Assembly (NCBI GenBank): GCA_905178155.1
Contig: CAJINV010000010.1
Coordinates: 791,188-855,187, forward strand
Length of the DNA stretch: 64,000 bases
Reading direction: 5' to 3'
Source: Amoebophrya sp. A120
Taxonomy: Eukaryota > Protista > Dinoflagellata
Shown in pieces: positions 50,133-63,500 of this stretch. A model generated the notes under the pieces. That model worked only from the letters and a program-made list of their open reading frames with translations. It searched no databases and was not told where the DNA came from. A program made the position numbers and the translations under genes. Within the stretch, counting starts at the first letter, position 1, and the number at the start of each line of letters is the position of its first letter.

Positions 50133-51552
50133 AAAACGCACCCCCGTGGCAGCATCAAGAACAGGCGACTCTCGGATTCGACTTTTAGAGTTTATCAGGC
50201 GAACTACATGTTGAAACCGACTTCAAATTTGACAACATCGACAGTATTTACAAAGTTGTTTCACCTGAGTGACGTAGAGATCTAAGTAAACTTTTAATCC
50301 ACGACCATCCATATACTTACAAGATGACACTTCTATACGGAAGAGAAAATGTTGACGCGACAACAAAATAACTGTATGGAATTTTCTCCTATCACATCGA
50401 AGATGCTCCTGGACTACTGCGCAAGAATGGTTCCTACAAGTGAAGAAACAGGACGAGGCATTTGGGGGGTTGCTGCAGCTGTTCGTTTGTAGGACAGACA
50501 GCACGGAAACAGTGACAGAGGGGGTGGAAGATGAACTTCGACTTTTGTTGTACAACGGAGGCCACACTTATTTTCCTCGTTCTTCCAGCTCTAGAGTAGG
50601 TTTTACGCAATCTTTCGACTTGAAGAAGCGCAGCCGCTGATAAATCCTGGCCTTTGTTGTAGTTCATCGTGGGCACACCAGAGGACTATAATGACGAAAT
50701 GCAAAATAGTAAACGTGTTCGACGTCGTTTGTCATCTATGGAACAAACCCGCCGATCTTTATGATTTTTATCCACCTCCCAGGATCGACCACCTCACAAA
50801 AGATAAAGAACGCAGCAAATCAATGTATTGCGCCATCTGATGTCATCTGTTCTGCTTCTGCTATCTCCTGTGCTTTCGCGTAAGTAGTGCGTATTTTGTC
50901 ACACTACTCTGGTTCATTGCAAGAACGCATCATGTGCTGGTCAGTGTACGATCTGTTGATTGCCTGCTCTCTACGGGGATGAAGATCACAGAAGTCCGCG
51001 ACAAGTTACTTTTACTTTTTACTTTATGCGCATTCACTATTTCGGATGAATCTTTTTCACTTGTAAAAAGCTTGTTGGCGATCGGTCGATCATACTGAAG
51101 ATGCTCTCCTAGGACCATACGTGCTGCTGCAATAGAGCTTCAACAAAATCTTATAATTTATCTCATTTCAATCGTGATCACACACATCCACATTTTTCAA
51201 TTTACACTTCTAAGATCATCATGTCATGCGCTTCTGCGGTCGGGTCTGACACCAGTCTCTCTCCCTCGCCGCCGCATCTGTCGCAGAATAATTCCTGCAC
51301 GAGGACCAGTAAAATTGTTCTTGCGGGGGCGAGGAGGTGTTGTTTATTTTCTCTGGAACTACACCAAATTACGATTACCGGTCGTAGAGGTCCTCGTCGT
51401 GCCAGCACGTGCGTCGGCGTGGAAGCAGAAGCTATTGCGGAACGGGAAGTAGAGACAAGAAATATAATTTCTCTATGCCTTCCCGGCCGCGGCGGTAAAA
51501 ACTACGGGAAAATTTACTCACCGTCGAAATCTACGAGTATTTCGCGAAGTAG

Positions 51553-54500
51553 CACGAAGAGGGCCACACCTCCAGGGCGGAAAATTATCAAGGTTTTCGT
51601 AGGACCTCGAGTGACCGCGGTGTACTACTGTTTATCGCGGCCGCCGCACGACCAGGAGCGTGTCGTTTTGTTTTGGGAAGATATGCATTGCAAAAGTATC
51701 GTACTCGTATAAATGCATTACAAATTTCCTCAGCATGAGAAATAAAATTTGTAATGCAGAAGTACCTTAAGAAAAAAATTTGTAATGCATGATTGCGAGG
51801 CGAGGCGATGGGTTACCCGGTCGGCAGAGCCGATCCACACGAACGAGCGAATGATTGCGATTACTACGAGTACGATACTTTTGCACAGGATAGAAGAAAC
51901 CGCACAAGGACCATCATGCTCGACCTCAGCGTGTGCAGTTTGAACCCAATTTTGGAGCTGCACGGGCAGGAGATCAACCATCTGGCGTTCGGCACCAACA
52001 AGGAGTACAATTTGGAGGTGACGGTGGTTTCGCTGCTCGATAAGCAAAACACCCCCATTGCGGTGGTCCAGGACTGCAGTTTATCCAAGAAAAAAACAGT
52101 GTAAGTGTACTTTCTTGGAGGATTAGCATGACAAATATCTCTCGCATGACAGCAAAAACCTGTCATGCGCAGATACTACGTGAAAACGCCCTTTAATGAA
52201 CCCTACGACGCACGCCAAGCATGACAGACGCAATCAGCTTGAATGTTGCGCATCACAAATTTACTCCCGCAGAGGGAGCGAAAGAGCACGGCCCGAGCAA
52301 TTGAAACTGTCTTGATTTGCATGAAAGGGGCCCGAAAATGAAACGCTCAGCGCTCCCCGGAATCGATTCAAATAAAACGCGAACGCCTGCCGGGGCGGTT
52401 GGCAAAAGAAAGACAGGGAAGCGACCAGAGGCCGGCGCCTTGGGGACGGCGACGGCCCTCCCGGCGCCTGCGCTCCCAGGGCGTGACAAATAGCAGGCAA
52501 GGCGGCCGCCGCAGCCGGCTCTGTCTTCCTTGTGCCCGTGCCGCGGCCGCTGCGTAGTTGTGTCGGTTGCCCTGAGTTTCATTTCGTGCCGCCCTGCGAG
52601 AATTTGCGTGGCTCTGGGCGAGCGGGCCGGACGCCCGTGGTACGTAGGGGGCGCCGAGTCTCCGCGTCCTTGCTTGGTCGCTGCGCCTTTGCCGCGGTTG
52701 GCGCGCTGCTCTGACGAGTTGCATGCTGCGCCGCCCCGCGGGAATTCGTCTGGCCCTGGGCGAGCGGGCCGGGCGCCAGTGGTAGGGGGCGCCGAGTCAG
52801 TCTCCGTGCCCTGGTCTGGCCGCCCTGTCGTTGCGGTGGTTGGTTCGTGCCTCTGAGTTGCATGTCGCGCCGCCCCGCGGGAATTTGCCTGGCCATAGGC
52901 GAGCGGGCCGGGCGCCAGTGGTAGACTAGAGGGCGCCGAGTTTCCGTGCCCTCGCTCGCCTGGCCTTTGCGTCTTTTAGCTGGGTGGTTCGTATGTAGTG
53001 AGGTCGCCGCACGGCTCTAGCCAGCCAGGGAGTTTTTTTGCCATATACCGTGAAAAACGGGCGGCAGTTTTCAATCGGCCGGCGGTGTTTTTGAACATAA
53101 AAAGCTTTCACTTGTCAATCGGCTCTGGCTGACCTGGCACCGAATCGCCAGCGGGTTCTATCGGTCGCCGATCTAAAAAACGACGCAGAGGAGTCAGCAA
53201 AAGGGGCGCCATTCTGAGGCGCCTGGCGCACCTAATTCCGCCGATTTGGGGCGCCCTAAAAGGGGCGCCGAAAAAGTGCGAAGGCGGCAAAAGCTTCGAA
53301 TCCGCATGCTTTGCGCGCCATTTTTGGCCACTTTTCGAGGTCGCAAAGACGGCCAAAAAAATCGGGCATCTGTAATGTGGGGAGCAATCCAAGGCGCGCG
53401 ACTTTTCAGCAAAAAAAAACAAAAAGCGGAAAGCTCGCCAAAATCTTAAAGCCAATCAAACAATCCGCATGCCATTGGCCCGATTTGGGCGGGGCGCCCA
53501 GGGGGCCGGGCTTGGTGGGGGCCCTTGGGTGGCTATAGCACTGGGCAGCGCATCACAAGGCGATCCTTGGCAAATACCCACGCGCTCGGTTTCGTCGTGA
53601 TCTCGTGCTGTGTGGGTTTGTCGCTTTCGAAATTTTTCCCGACAAGTATTTTGCTGATATTTCAACAACCGAGCGGCATAGCTTCAACGCTTTAGCTGCG
53701 CAGCGACGGTTAGAGCGACGACTGAAACGCAAGCCATTGAACGAGAAACAGCAGCAAGCTTACGATCGTGTCAGCGATATGGTTGGACGGTTAGCAGCGT
53801 ACAAACTACAAAATAGCGCGACGCATGGCGCGAATGTTGAGGCGGCTGCGACGTCTCCGCCGCTGATTTTCCCGCCGCAACACATTCAGGGACGACGGGG
53901 CACAGGCAAGACGCACCTCGGAAGATGTTTGCGAGACATGGCCACGGGCGCTGGCTTGCGGGGTGTGTGCTGCGCTCCCAGTGGCGCTGCTGCGCGATTA
54001 TATGGCCTCGATGCCCATACCATTCACGCGCTCAACAACATGGCACCGACACGAACTAAACTACAGCCGGATGGTTTAGCGTTTGAAGATATTGCGACCC
54101 CTACGGCCGAAAACGATGCATATTTGCGCTCGTTGGATTTTGCATTGTGTGACGAAATTCATTCGGCGCAGGCGGCGTGGATCTTCGAACTTGACGCGGC
54201 GTTGCGGCGTGCGCGAAGCAATCCCGCGCCATTTGGTGGCGTCATTTTTGTGGGGATTGGCGATCGGCGTCAGCAGCTTCCCGCATTAAACACGGCGGGT
54301 TTTTACGGATCACGCTCGCCAGTCGCTCGCGCGGATTTGCTAGCCCATTCAGTGCATGCCGTTTCGTTTTTGAAGAAGCCCGTCGCAGAACTGCACCAGT
54401 TGGGCAAATTGGAGCGAAAAAACGCGAACACCGAGCAAAGTTGGGCCGATTTCGTCGAAACCTTGGCAACGGAATCGCAAGACATTGACTTGCACAGGTT

Positions 54501-57500
54501 TGCGCACGTTAACAAAATAACAGCAGCAGAGCGCGTCGCTTTGTCACCACGCGCGCAAATTTTAGCCGCTACGCATCACCAATGCCGTCGCTGGAATAAA
54601 CTCGCTCTCGAAACGCATCGCGCATTCAACCCCAGAGCTAAAGCAGTGACATATCGCGCAGAAGGGCGCTGCGAGTATGCTCCCTGTGGGAGTATCTGCG
54701 AAACAGTCCCCGGAGACGATTGCCCGCCTATCGACTTGGAGCTCGTCGAAGGGTCTCGCGTGGAATTCTGTCGGCGTTATGGGTCCGTCGTGAAGCACAC
54801 GAAAGGCGTCGTGCGCTATTTAGGGCGTGACTTTGTGTCGCTCGAAGTTGAAACCGAAGGCGAGGCCGACACACTTGACGCGGAGCCATATACCAGCATG
54901 CTGCTTGTGCCGCGTCTGCCTATTCAAGTGGTCGACGCTTACGGGGAAGAGCATCGGTATTTGCAATGTCCCTTGCGGCTAGCTTATTGCAAAACGTTCC
55001 ACGCCGTTCAAGGCGTCACAGTATCAGGCGAGTCGTTGCTTGGCTCAGATGTCGACGCGTTTACGCATGGGACGGGTTATGTGGTGTTCGGGCGAGTTGA
55101 AGACGAGTCGCAAATTAAAACGGTTTCGCTCAATGATGAGAGGCCGGAAAAGCTGACCAACATAGTGTGGCCGGAATTTCTCGCGTGAGCGCATCCCGAC
55201 CCGTCTGATCCATACACCGAAAAACACACGGCAACGCTTCAAACGTCGCACCTTACGCGCTTGCTCGCTGCTCCTTTCTGCGCGATTGTGTTCCGGGATG
55301 CTTCGTCAGTCCACTGTTCTATTTTGTTGCTCAGCCGACGACCTTGACAATTTGAAAAACCGCGCGCCATTGCTAATTTTCCAGTCCGCTTGTCGTGGTC
55401 GCAGCATTGTTTTGAGGTTTTTGATCTGATTTGTGCACCGTTTTGCGCGTTTTGCTGAGAACCGCCCGGCTTCGGTGCCATTTTGTACCGTTTCGCAAAC
55501 TGATGGCGCAACTTGCGCGCATTTTGATCCATTTGCACCAATATGAGGCAAGTTTGCGCGTTTTCGTGCTTTTTGCATAGCTTTCGCGGTCATTTTGCTG
55601 CTTTTGTTATTGAATTAAGCCAAAGCAGTGCCATTTTCGCCGTTTGCAATGCTACTGGCTGCATTTGTTGCGTTTTTGACTCGTTTGCAATTGAACTAAG
55701 CCAAAACAGTGCCGCTTTTGCCCGTTTGCAATGCTACTGGTTATATTTGTTGCGTTTTTGACTAATTTGCAAATGAACTAAGCCAAAACAGTGCCACTTT
55801 TGCCGGTTTGCAATGCTACTGGCTACATTTGTTGCGTTTTTGACTAGTTTGCAGCGTTTTCGATGTCATTTTGCACGATTTCGCATGCTATTGACCTAAT
55901 TTGCGCGCATTTTGTCCCGTTTGCTTTACAAAAACGCAGGCCCGAGCCGCAACAATTTGCGAAATCTCGGCGAATATTCGCGGACTTTTTTGCCGTCGCA
56001 TTTTCCTCGATTTGGACCGTTTTTCGTGGCTTTTGCCATCGTTTTGACGTTTTTGCATCGATTTTTGCACCATTTTGCACGTTTTGCATCGAGAAAAATT
56101 CAGCGATTTTCGGTTCGTGTCTTGCATGTTTCGTAACATAATTTATAACACTAACAGCGTTTTTTTCTTGGATACAGTTCGGGATCGAAAAACATCTTTC
56201 CGCTGTCCCGGGCCATATCAACTTTAAAAATGTCTGGGTCTGGAAATTTGTGATGCTAAAAGTGAACGAGAGTTCCACTGCAATACGGAGCCAAGCATGA
56301 CAAATTTTTTGGGCTCCTATGTGTTGCGTGTGCCGCATGGCAAACTGCGTGCTTGCATGACAGAAAAGAGGACCGCTTCGTGCCCATGCATCACAGATTC
56401 TTGAGTCATGTCAGACACGCATGACAAATGTAGGAATCTTCCAGACCCAGACAGTTTTACATTTGATAGGCCATCCGGCACAACCACTGGTCTTCCTCCG
56501 CGCAGGGTCATGGGGGCAACCACTACGGAGCCAATCCTGGCGAAATTGACTACAATGACGCCATCATTCGCAGCACGATTTGGTCCCGGGTCATGGGCAC
56601 GTCGTCAAACAACCGAAGCTATGCATTGCAAAAGTATCGTACTCGTATAAATGCATCACAAATTATTTCCTCAGCGTGAGAAATAAAATTTGGAATGCGC
56701 ATTTAGCTTAAGAACAAGATTTGTATAATGCATGACTGCAAGTACAACTAGTACGATCCTTGTGCACAGGATAGAAGCAACAGCAGGCGCGGTTCGAACG
56801 CTGGGACCACGTCGAATCAGCAGTCATCCCGGAGCAGGAGTCTGTCGCCGGCGCGGTTCATTTTCGGTCGAGGTGCTTCCTCCGCGAGCTCGTCGGTCCG
56901 GGCGACAACAAAAGGTGGGAAAAACAAGACGGCGATATTGTGAGGAAAAATCCCCCCTCCCCGTATTGAAAAACTACGTTTGCGAAAATTTGTGTTGCTG
57001 ATTTGTGGCCACAAATCACAACTGTCTTGCAAGAAGCCAAATGCAGAAGCTTCCGCCCCATTCTGGAAGCGATTTGTCATGCTGGTGGGTCTAAAAGGCA
57101 GCCGCTTGCAATGCTGAACAACTAGACCCAGACGCCTCTGCCTAGGCTCGGCATCTGGCCGCAATGCCTCCCTGCAATACAAACCGGATTTGTGTACACA
57201 GATCCAGCATCAGTGCTGCTGCGCTAGCAGTTGCTCTTCGAGATGGAAGCTGCGCTGGACGAAGTCGAGGTGGAGCAGCATTGACGGAACTGGGCAGCGC
57301 GCGGCCTTCGCACCAGGAGCGGATGCCGATTACTCAGCTTTCTTCCCGGGGGCTCCGGGGCTGACCCATTTGTGTCGGTGCGCGGACCAACCCATCTGCG
57401 TTGATAGCGGCACCCCATCCGCGGCGTTCTGTGTCTCCCGTGCGCCGGGTCCTTTGCAGCGTGCGTTGCCTTCTTGCTCGGCTCGGCCTGTTTTTGGTGT

Positions 57501-60500
57501 CGCGTCGGTGGGTGCGCGTCAAGCTGAGGGGAGTGGAGCGAGATGCGCGTTTTGTGCTTGGGGCTTGTTCGACGGGATTCTTTTTGCGCCGAGGAGTTCT
57601 AGCTCGTGACATGCCGCGTGGTCCCGCGGACTCTGTTTTGTGCCTGCTCGTGCTCGGAGATGACGTTGCTGTAGCCGCTGGAGATCGCGGCTTTCCATGA
57701 TTTCCTACGATGCCGCTGGTCCTACAAGAGCCCTTTCGCCTTCATCCCAGTGCTGTCGTTGACAGACCTTGGGCTGATAATCCCGTTGCAGGAGGTTCGG
57801 TCCTTGGCGCGTCTTCGCCACCGGCAGGAGTCAGGATGGGTAGGTGGGTCTCCTCGTTGTTGCTTGAGCTTGCTCAGGTCTTCGCTGCATTCGGTGGCTG
57901 GTGGCCGCTCTTGGGTCTCAGGTGTGGGTCGGAGTTCGTTTGCCTCTCGTCAGTCTGGACGGAGTGCTCTCGTTCAGCCACCCCCCGGCGGTCGACTGTC
58001 GGCGATCTGGCCCCCCCAGCTCATGATTGCAGTGTTGGCTGGTGATGACGAGGTTGCGGACAGTTGACTTGTCATCTGTCTGGTTCGCCCATTTTGCTGC
58101 CACGACTGTTTGGTCCCCGGTCCCCTGAGGCGGGGGGATACGGGTTACCTGGTCGGGATGTCGCGCGGAAGGTGTCTCTCACGTCCCTAGCTCTTCGTAC
58201 TCGCCGCTGAGTACAGTCGAGCGCCTTGGTTGATCGCCACACTGTTTCATAGTGCTGAAACGACCCGGCTTTCACTAGGGGGAGCATTCGTACACTTTGT
58301 GCCCTCCGGGACTATGCCTCTGCTTCCGTCTAAACTGAGGGGTCCACTTATCCCTCTCGGTATTCGGTCGCAGGGAAGGGTTGCCGGGGTCTCCCTCGCA
58401 TCGGTTCTCGATGTCGGGTGTGAGTTTGTGACTGCGGGGGCAGTGGTTGGCTTAGGTTTGCGGAGTACATCTGAAAAGAGGCTCCCATTCCTTCTTCCAG
58501 GTAGCGATCCTAGATCGCTGCCACGCGGAGCCACCCCCGTATTTCACCCCCAGGGGGTTGTGGACCTGGCAAAACCGATGAGTTCGGGCTGCTGACTGTT
58601 CCACCTCTTCCGAGTGCGATCATGTTACGCCTCACGCCTCACAAATCCAGCATCAGAAATTCCGTTTTGATATGGGGAGGGGGATTTTTCATTTTGATAG
58701 GCGACGCCTGCAGTCCTTTCCAGGGCGGGCGGTGGGGATGATGGTAGATTTGCGCAAATAAATGCTAGCGCAGCAGCATCTTCTTCTTCGCAGCAGCAAC
58801 AGCAGACGACAGCACAGTATGCCGAAGTGGAGCAGCAGATTACCGCGCTGGCGTTGACGCCGGACTGTTTGTATTGCATCATCGTCTACTTGGATGGGTT
58901 CGTGGACGTCGTCCGAGTGCTGGAGGACTTCGGCGCAGCGACGAGTGCCACAAGTATCCTGTGCAAAAGTTTCGTACTCGTAGTAATCGCAGTCATGCAT
59001 TACAGATCTCCCTCTTAACCTACAGGTACAGCCGCATTACAAATTCAATTTTTCATGCTGATGGAATTTGTCATGCGATTTATACTAGTACGTGTACGAT
59101 GCTTTTGCATTGCATAACAAGCAGTGGGGGCCAAGTTACAAGGGATCAACATCAGCAGGAACAAGGAGCAGAACAGCACCTAAGCGAGCCGATCCTGCCG
59201 TTCTTCCTGAACGACGTGTTTCAATCGAGCTACTGCGACGACTTTGGCCCGCCCAGCTGCTGCTGCTGTTACGATGTGAATAGAAACAAAACTACCGGAA
59301 GAAGAACTTCTACGGCGCCGAACAACGGCGCTTTTCACAGTGCTGCCACCTCCAAGTGGAGGTCAAGCGGGCAACTACAGGTGGGAGGAAGTTCGTATCC
59401 TAATGGCTGCTCTGCAAACAGTAACAAGTCCGCGCCGGCTCTTTATTCCAACGGGTCGCAAACCTACACGACCGTTGCAGAAGGTGGAGGTCTCAGCGCC
59501 TCAGCGGCTAGTAGTACTCAAAAAATGGATTCTTCCGGCTCCTTCACCCACCCTGGGGAGAACAGCTGCAAGAAGGCCGAGCCACTGTATCGCGTTTTCA
59601 TCGGGTCGCTGTCCGGAAATTTGGTGGCCATCGACCTGATACGCATTGCAAAAGCATCGCACTAGTAGAAATCGCATTACAAGTTCGGTGAGCATGACAA
59701 ATGGAATTTGTCATGATGAAAAATGGAATTTGTCATGCTGTTTTACCTTGGGATGGAAATTTGTAATGCATGATTGCGATTTACACTACGAGTGCGATAC
59801 TTTTGCACTGGATACCTGAAATCCAGTTCGGTTATGGAGAAATTTACGAATTTTCCCGGCCCCGTATCCTGAGTAAAAACGTCCCCGCCCCATAGTCAAG
59901 GTGCTTTAAATTTGGTCTTTTCCAGTACATAAACACCCCATAGTCAAGGTGGGAACTTTGCATCACGAATCCAGAAGCTTTGGGAGTTACGCATGACAAT
60001 TTGTAGGCTCTAGCGTAGTTCTGTTTAGCAAGCGAAGCCGCATAGGAAATCCATCTCCTCATCCTGTTTACAGCATTATAAGTTCGTCCAGAACACAATT
60101 GGAAATGGCTCTCATGGGGATCCGGCGCATTACAAATGCTCATGTAGTTGCAAGGCTGCATGATTATATGGGAGGGGAACGTTTTTACAAAGTATATCCC
60201 GTACTGAACATGCAGCTCGTGGAGGAGAACTCCGCAAACCAGCAGATTACGGACCTGATGAACTTGCAGAAGATCTGGCTGTATCTTGTGCAAAAGTAAC
60301 GTACTCGTATTGCAGTCATGCATTACAAATCTTTTCCTTAAAGTCAACTCGCATTACAAATTTTATTTCTCATGCTGAGAAAATTTGTAATGCATTTTTT
60401 TATACGAGTGCGATACTCTTGCAGTTAATTGGCTGTTCCTCAAAGTTGGCGAATCTCTGCTCCGTCTCGATGTGTTCGAGGAGTGCGAGGACGTGAGCGC

Positions 60501-63500
60501 GGCGGCGACCGCGGCGCCGCTGGGTTCCACTACAGGGTCCGAACAACTGGACATATGCATTGATGCAGCTATGTCTTGGTCTGGAAAGTTGTCATGCTAT
60601 CTTGCCGAAGATAACAGAGGCTGAGGCACGTCAATGTGTAGCTAGGCATGTTGACAAGTTTTCTAACGGCCGTCTGTTGGAGACATAGCGCTTCTGCAAC
60701 ACACAGGAGCAGCGTTGCTGCGCGCCATGCATCACAGCTCGCCAACTCCGCGGGGGCGTTGCGGGTATCTCCCTAAAACACCAAAACCGGCACAAATTGG
60801 GCCGGCAGTCCGGGCAATTGCTCACCAGCCGGCTTGTATGGCGAATAAGGTGCTCGACGAAGGAAGAAGCAGGCATGCAGTTAGCACCTCCGGTTGGTAG
60901 AGCGATCGGCTACCGAGGCACGTCAGGGGGCGTCGCTACTTCAATTCAATTCAATTCAATTGCTAGCGATGTGATGTGATGTGATGGAGCGGCGGCGGTG
61001 GCCTCTTACCATCAAGCTCGAACGGCCGGGGCAGGGAACAACGCAATGCTTTGCACCACGGGCAGACGACTACTATCTGGCAGTGTGGACGCCTCCGGAC
61101 AGCAGCAACTGCCCAACATGCAAACACTAAGTTATCAGCTTCTTACCCTACGGACCTGCTAGACTTCTCCTCTAACCCACTGGGGCGCTTATGTAGCTCG
61201 GCGGGCCTGGGTGCAGCGCATAAAAACTCCTGCTGCCTAAGCTACTTTTTTGCCCAAGTTCATATGGAACTTCATCTTTTTTCCGTGCTTTGAGCTTTTT
61301 CTTCAGAACTTCGCGCTTTTTGCTTTTAGTTTCTACTGTACTTTTTGAAAACAAAAAAAACAAGGGTCACTGAACTACGCACCTTTTTCCTTACTAGTAT
61401 ACTACACGAAACTACCTCCCCGCGAAGCGCTACTTGCCGAGCCTGGTTACTGCACCTGATCCGCACAGATGTCTCTACAAATGCAAAACCTAACCTATGG
61501 AAGGGCGATGCGCGGAATACTAACTACACGAACGGGCAATAACTAAGGAGGGCCACGGCACTACTATACACAGTTTTCTAGTGCACGACCGGCACACCCG
61601 CGAACCTCCGCCCGACGCCACGACCACCGGCACAACGGCAGCGTGAGGGATGGACTATTTTAAGCCTTTTTTTTGGCATAGAGAAAAACATCCCTTTTCC
61701 TTCTTCGCAGTGCGTTTACGGAGCTAACTACTCGCCCGGCGCAACGGGTGGCGCTACAAAAAACTACCTGCTAACACTGCGCGTTTATTCCTAAGACTAC
61801 TTGTGCTGTGTGCTTTATTTGTCGCTTTTAATTCTACTTCTAGCGACTAGCTTTGCGTGGTGCTCCCTGCAGCTGCAGCAGCTTCTGCAACTAAAACCGC
61901 GACCGCTACTGTCCAGCACCACGGCAACGCTCGGAGGCCGGCAGTGCCCATCCGTCGCCGTTCCATCGCTTGCACCGTCCCAACACAGTCATGTAGTATA
62001 CCTGATATTAATGATTGTGTAGCACGATGACAGGACAGTTGACCGACAGCGAATATATCTGCAAACTAGTCAAACACTGCAAAATATATGTAGTTCAAGA
62101 TGGAGACGAAGAAGACATTTATGCACAACGCAAACAATGAATAGGTAAAGAAAGTTTATCCATACTCCACTTTAACCACACGCACATACAAACCCCCGAC
62201 GACAAACAAGCTGTGCACGGCCACGGTCTGTGGAAGCTTTTCGAACAGAGACTCCTTGCCACGAGTGCCCGTTCCGCCGCTCGCTGAAAAAACACCACGG
62301 CGCGCTACAACTCCTTCTGCGGTCAGCTTGCTCCGGGCACGGTCCGTCGTCGAAGATCCTCCGGCGGTGCGCGGAGGTCTTGGCGAGGTCGGTATGCGCC
62401 ACAGTGCCTCTGGCGGTGGAGGGAGAAACCCCCACCGGTCGTGTCGTGCTTGCCCTTGTTGCTGCACGGCCTCGCACTAGAAGTTGCCGGAGGTTGGGGC
62501 TTGGCGTAGGTGACGTTCTTCCTCGGGTCACAGAGCTGCACGGTGGTGCCGCGTGGAACCATCTTGGGTGGCGGCGGCGGTGACTGTCACTAGCAGCTTA
62601 AATGAATCTAGGGCGCAGCCGGCTGCACCCGGCTGCCTACAACTACTCTCCAGGGACCCCGTGCAGAGGGCCCCGCTCTCGACAGGTTTCTACTAAGTTA
62701 GGCTCCTTGAGCCAAAAATTAGCCGATCATAACATCCAAGTCTTGCATTCTACTTCCAGACCCAGACACATGCTTGCAGTGGATAGGACAACGCCGCAAA
62801 CAACATTCAAGCGTTACTGACCGCGCCACTAAACGCCGCAGCCGGGGTATGAAAAGGAAAAATCCCCCCTTCCCATATCAAAACAGAAATCTGTGATGTG
62901 GGCTTTGTGTACACAAATCACACCTGTCTTGCAGGAAAGCACTGCACGCAGATCGCAAGCCTAGGGGGGGCCTTTTGGTGTAGGAACCTAGCATGGCAGA
63001 CGTCTGCCCTGTAGGCCCTGCAGCATTACAAACCGCCTGAATAAAAAGTATCGCGGCGGACGCTCTAGATTTGTCTTCTGGCAAGACAGCGCAAATCTGC
63101 ATCACAAATTTCCGGCAGGACATGTTTTCAATATGGGGAGGGGGGGACTTTTCCTTGCAATGCGGGGCGCTAAGCTCGGCGGCGGGTGGCAGTGCGGCGT
63201 CGAGGACCTCCTCCCAAAGCAGACCGAAGAGGATATCCCAAAGAAACAAAGATTGCGGGCAGGTCAGATTTGTAATGCAAAAATGAATAGACAAAACAAT
63301 CTGTCTTGCGTGTCCTAAACAGCATGCTATGGCGTTGCCCATGACAGATTTTTCTGCGTATTTATTTTTGCATTACAAATCTGCCCTGCCGGCTTTTTTC
63401 TGTGTCATAGAGGAAGAAACTGCTTATCGACATTATCAAAACATGCTCAGCTGTTACAATCTCAAAAACGTTAGTACAATTGAGTCTGGAATTTGATTCG

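Larger units (their letters stand above)
52264..56148. mobile_element. 3.9-kb Helitron-like element carrying the PIF1 helicase, nested in an introner
   Basis: Interrupts a family-H introner (GCATCACAAATTTA|CACTAAC). Terminal hairpin CTCCC-GCAGA-GGGAG at 52264-52278, AT-rich other end, no TIR, no clear TSD. Ends uncertain by a few bp. Confidence 0.75.
52082..56174. mobile_element. Introner family H expanded to 4.1 kb by the PIF1 element
   Basis: TATCCAAGAAAAAAAC / GTTTTTTTCTTGGATA, TSD CAGTT. Confidence 0.92.

Noticed and set aside
52082-56174. Autonomous master copy of the introners
   Set aside because: No transposase is present. The family-H sequence is complete once the insert is removed, so the helicase is more simply a nested element.
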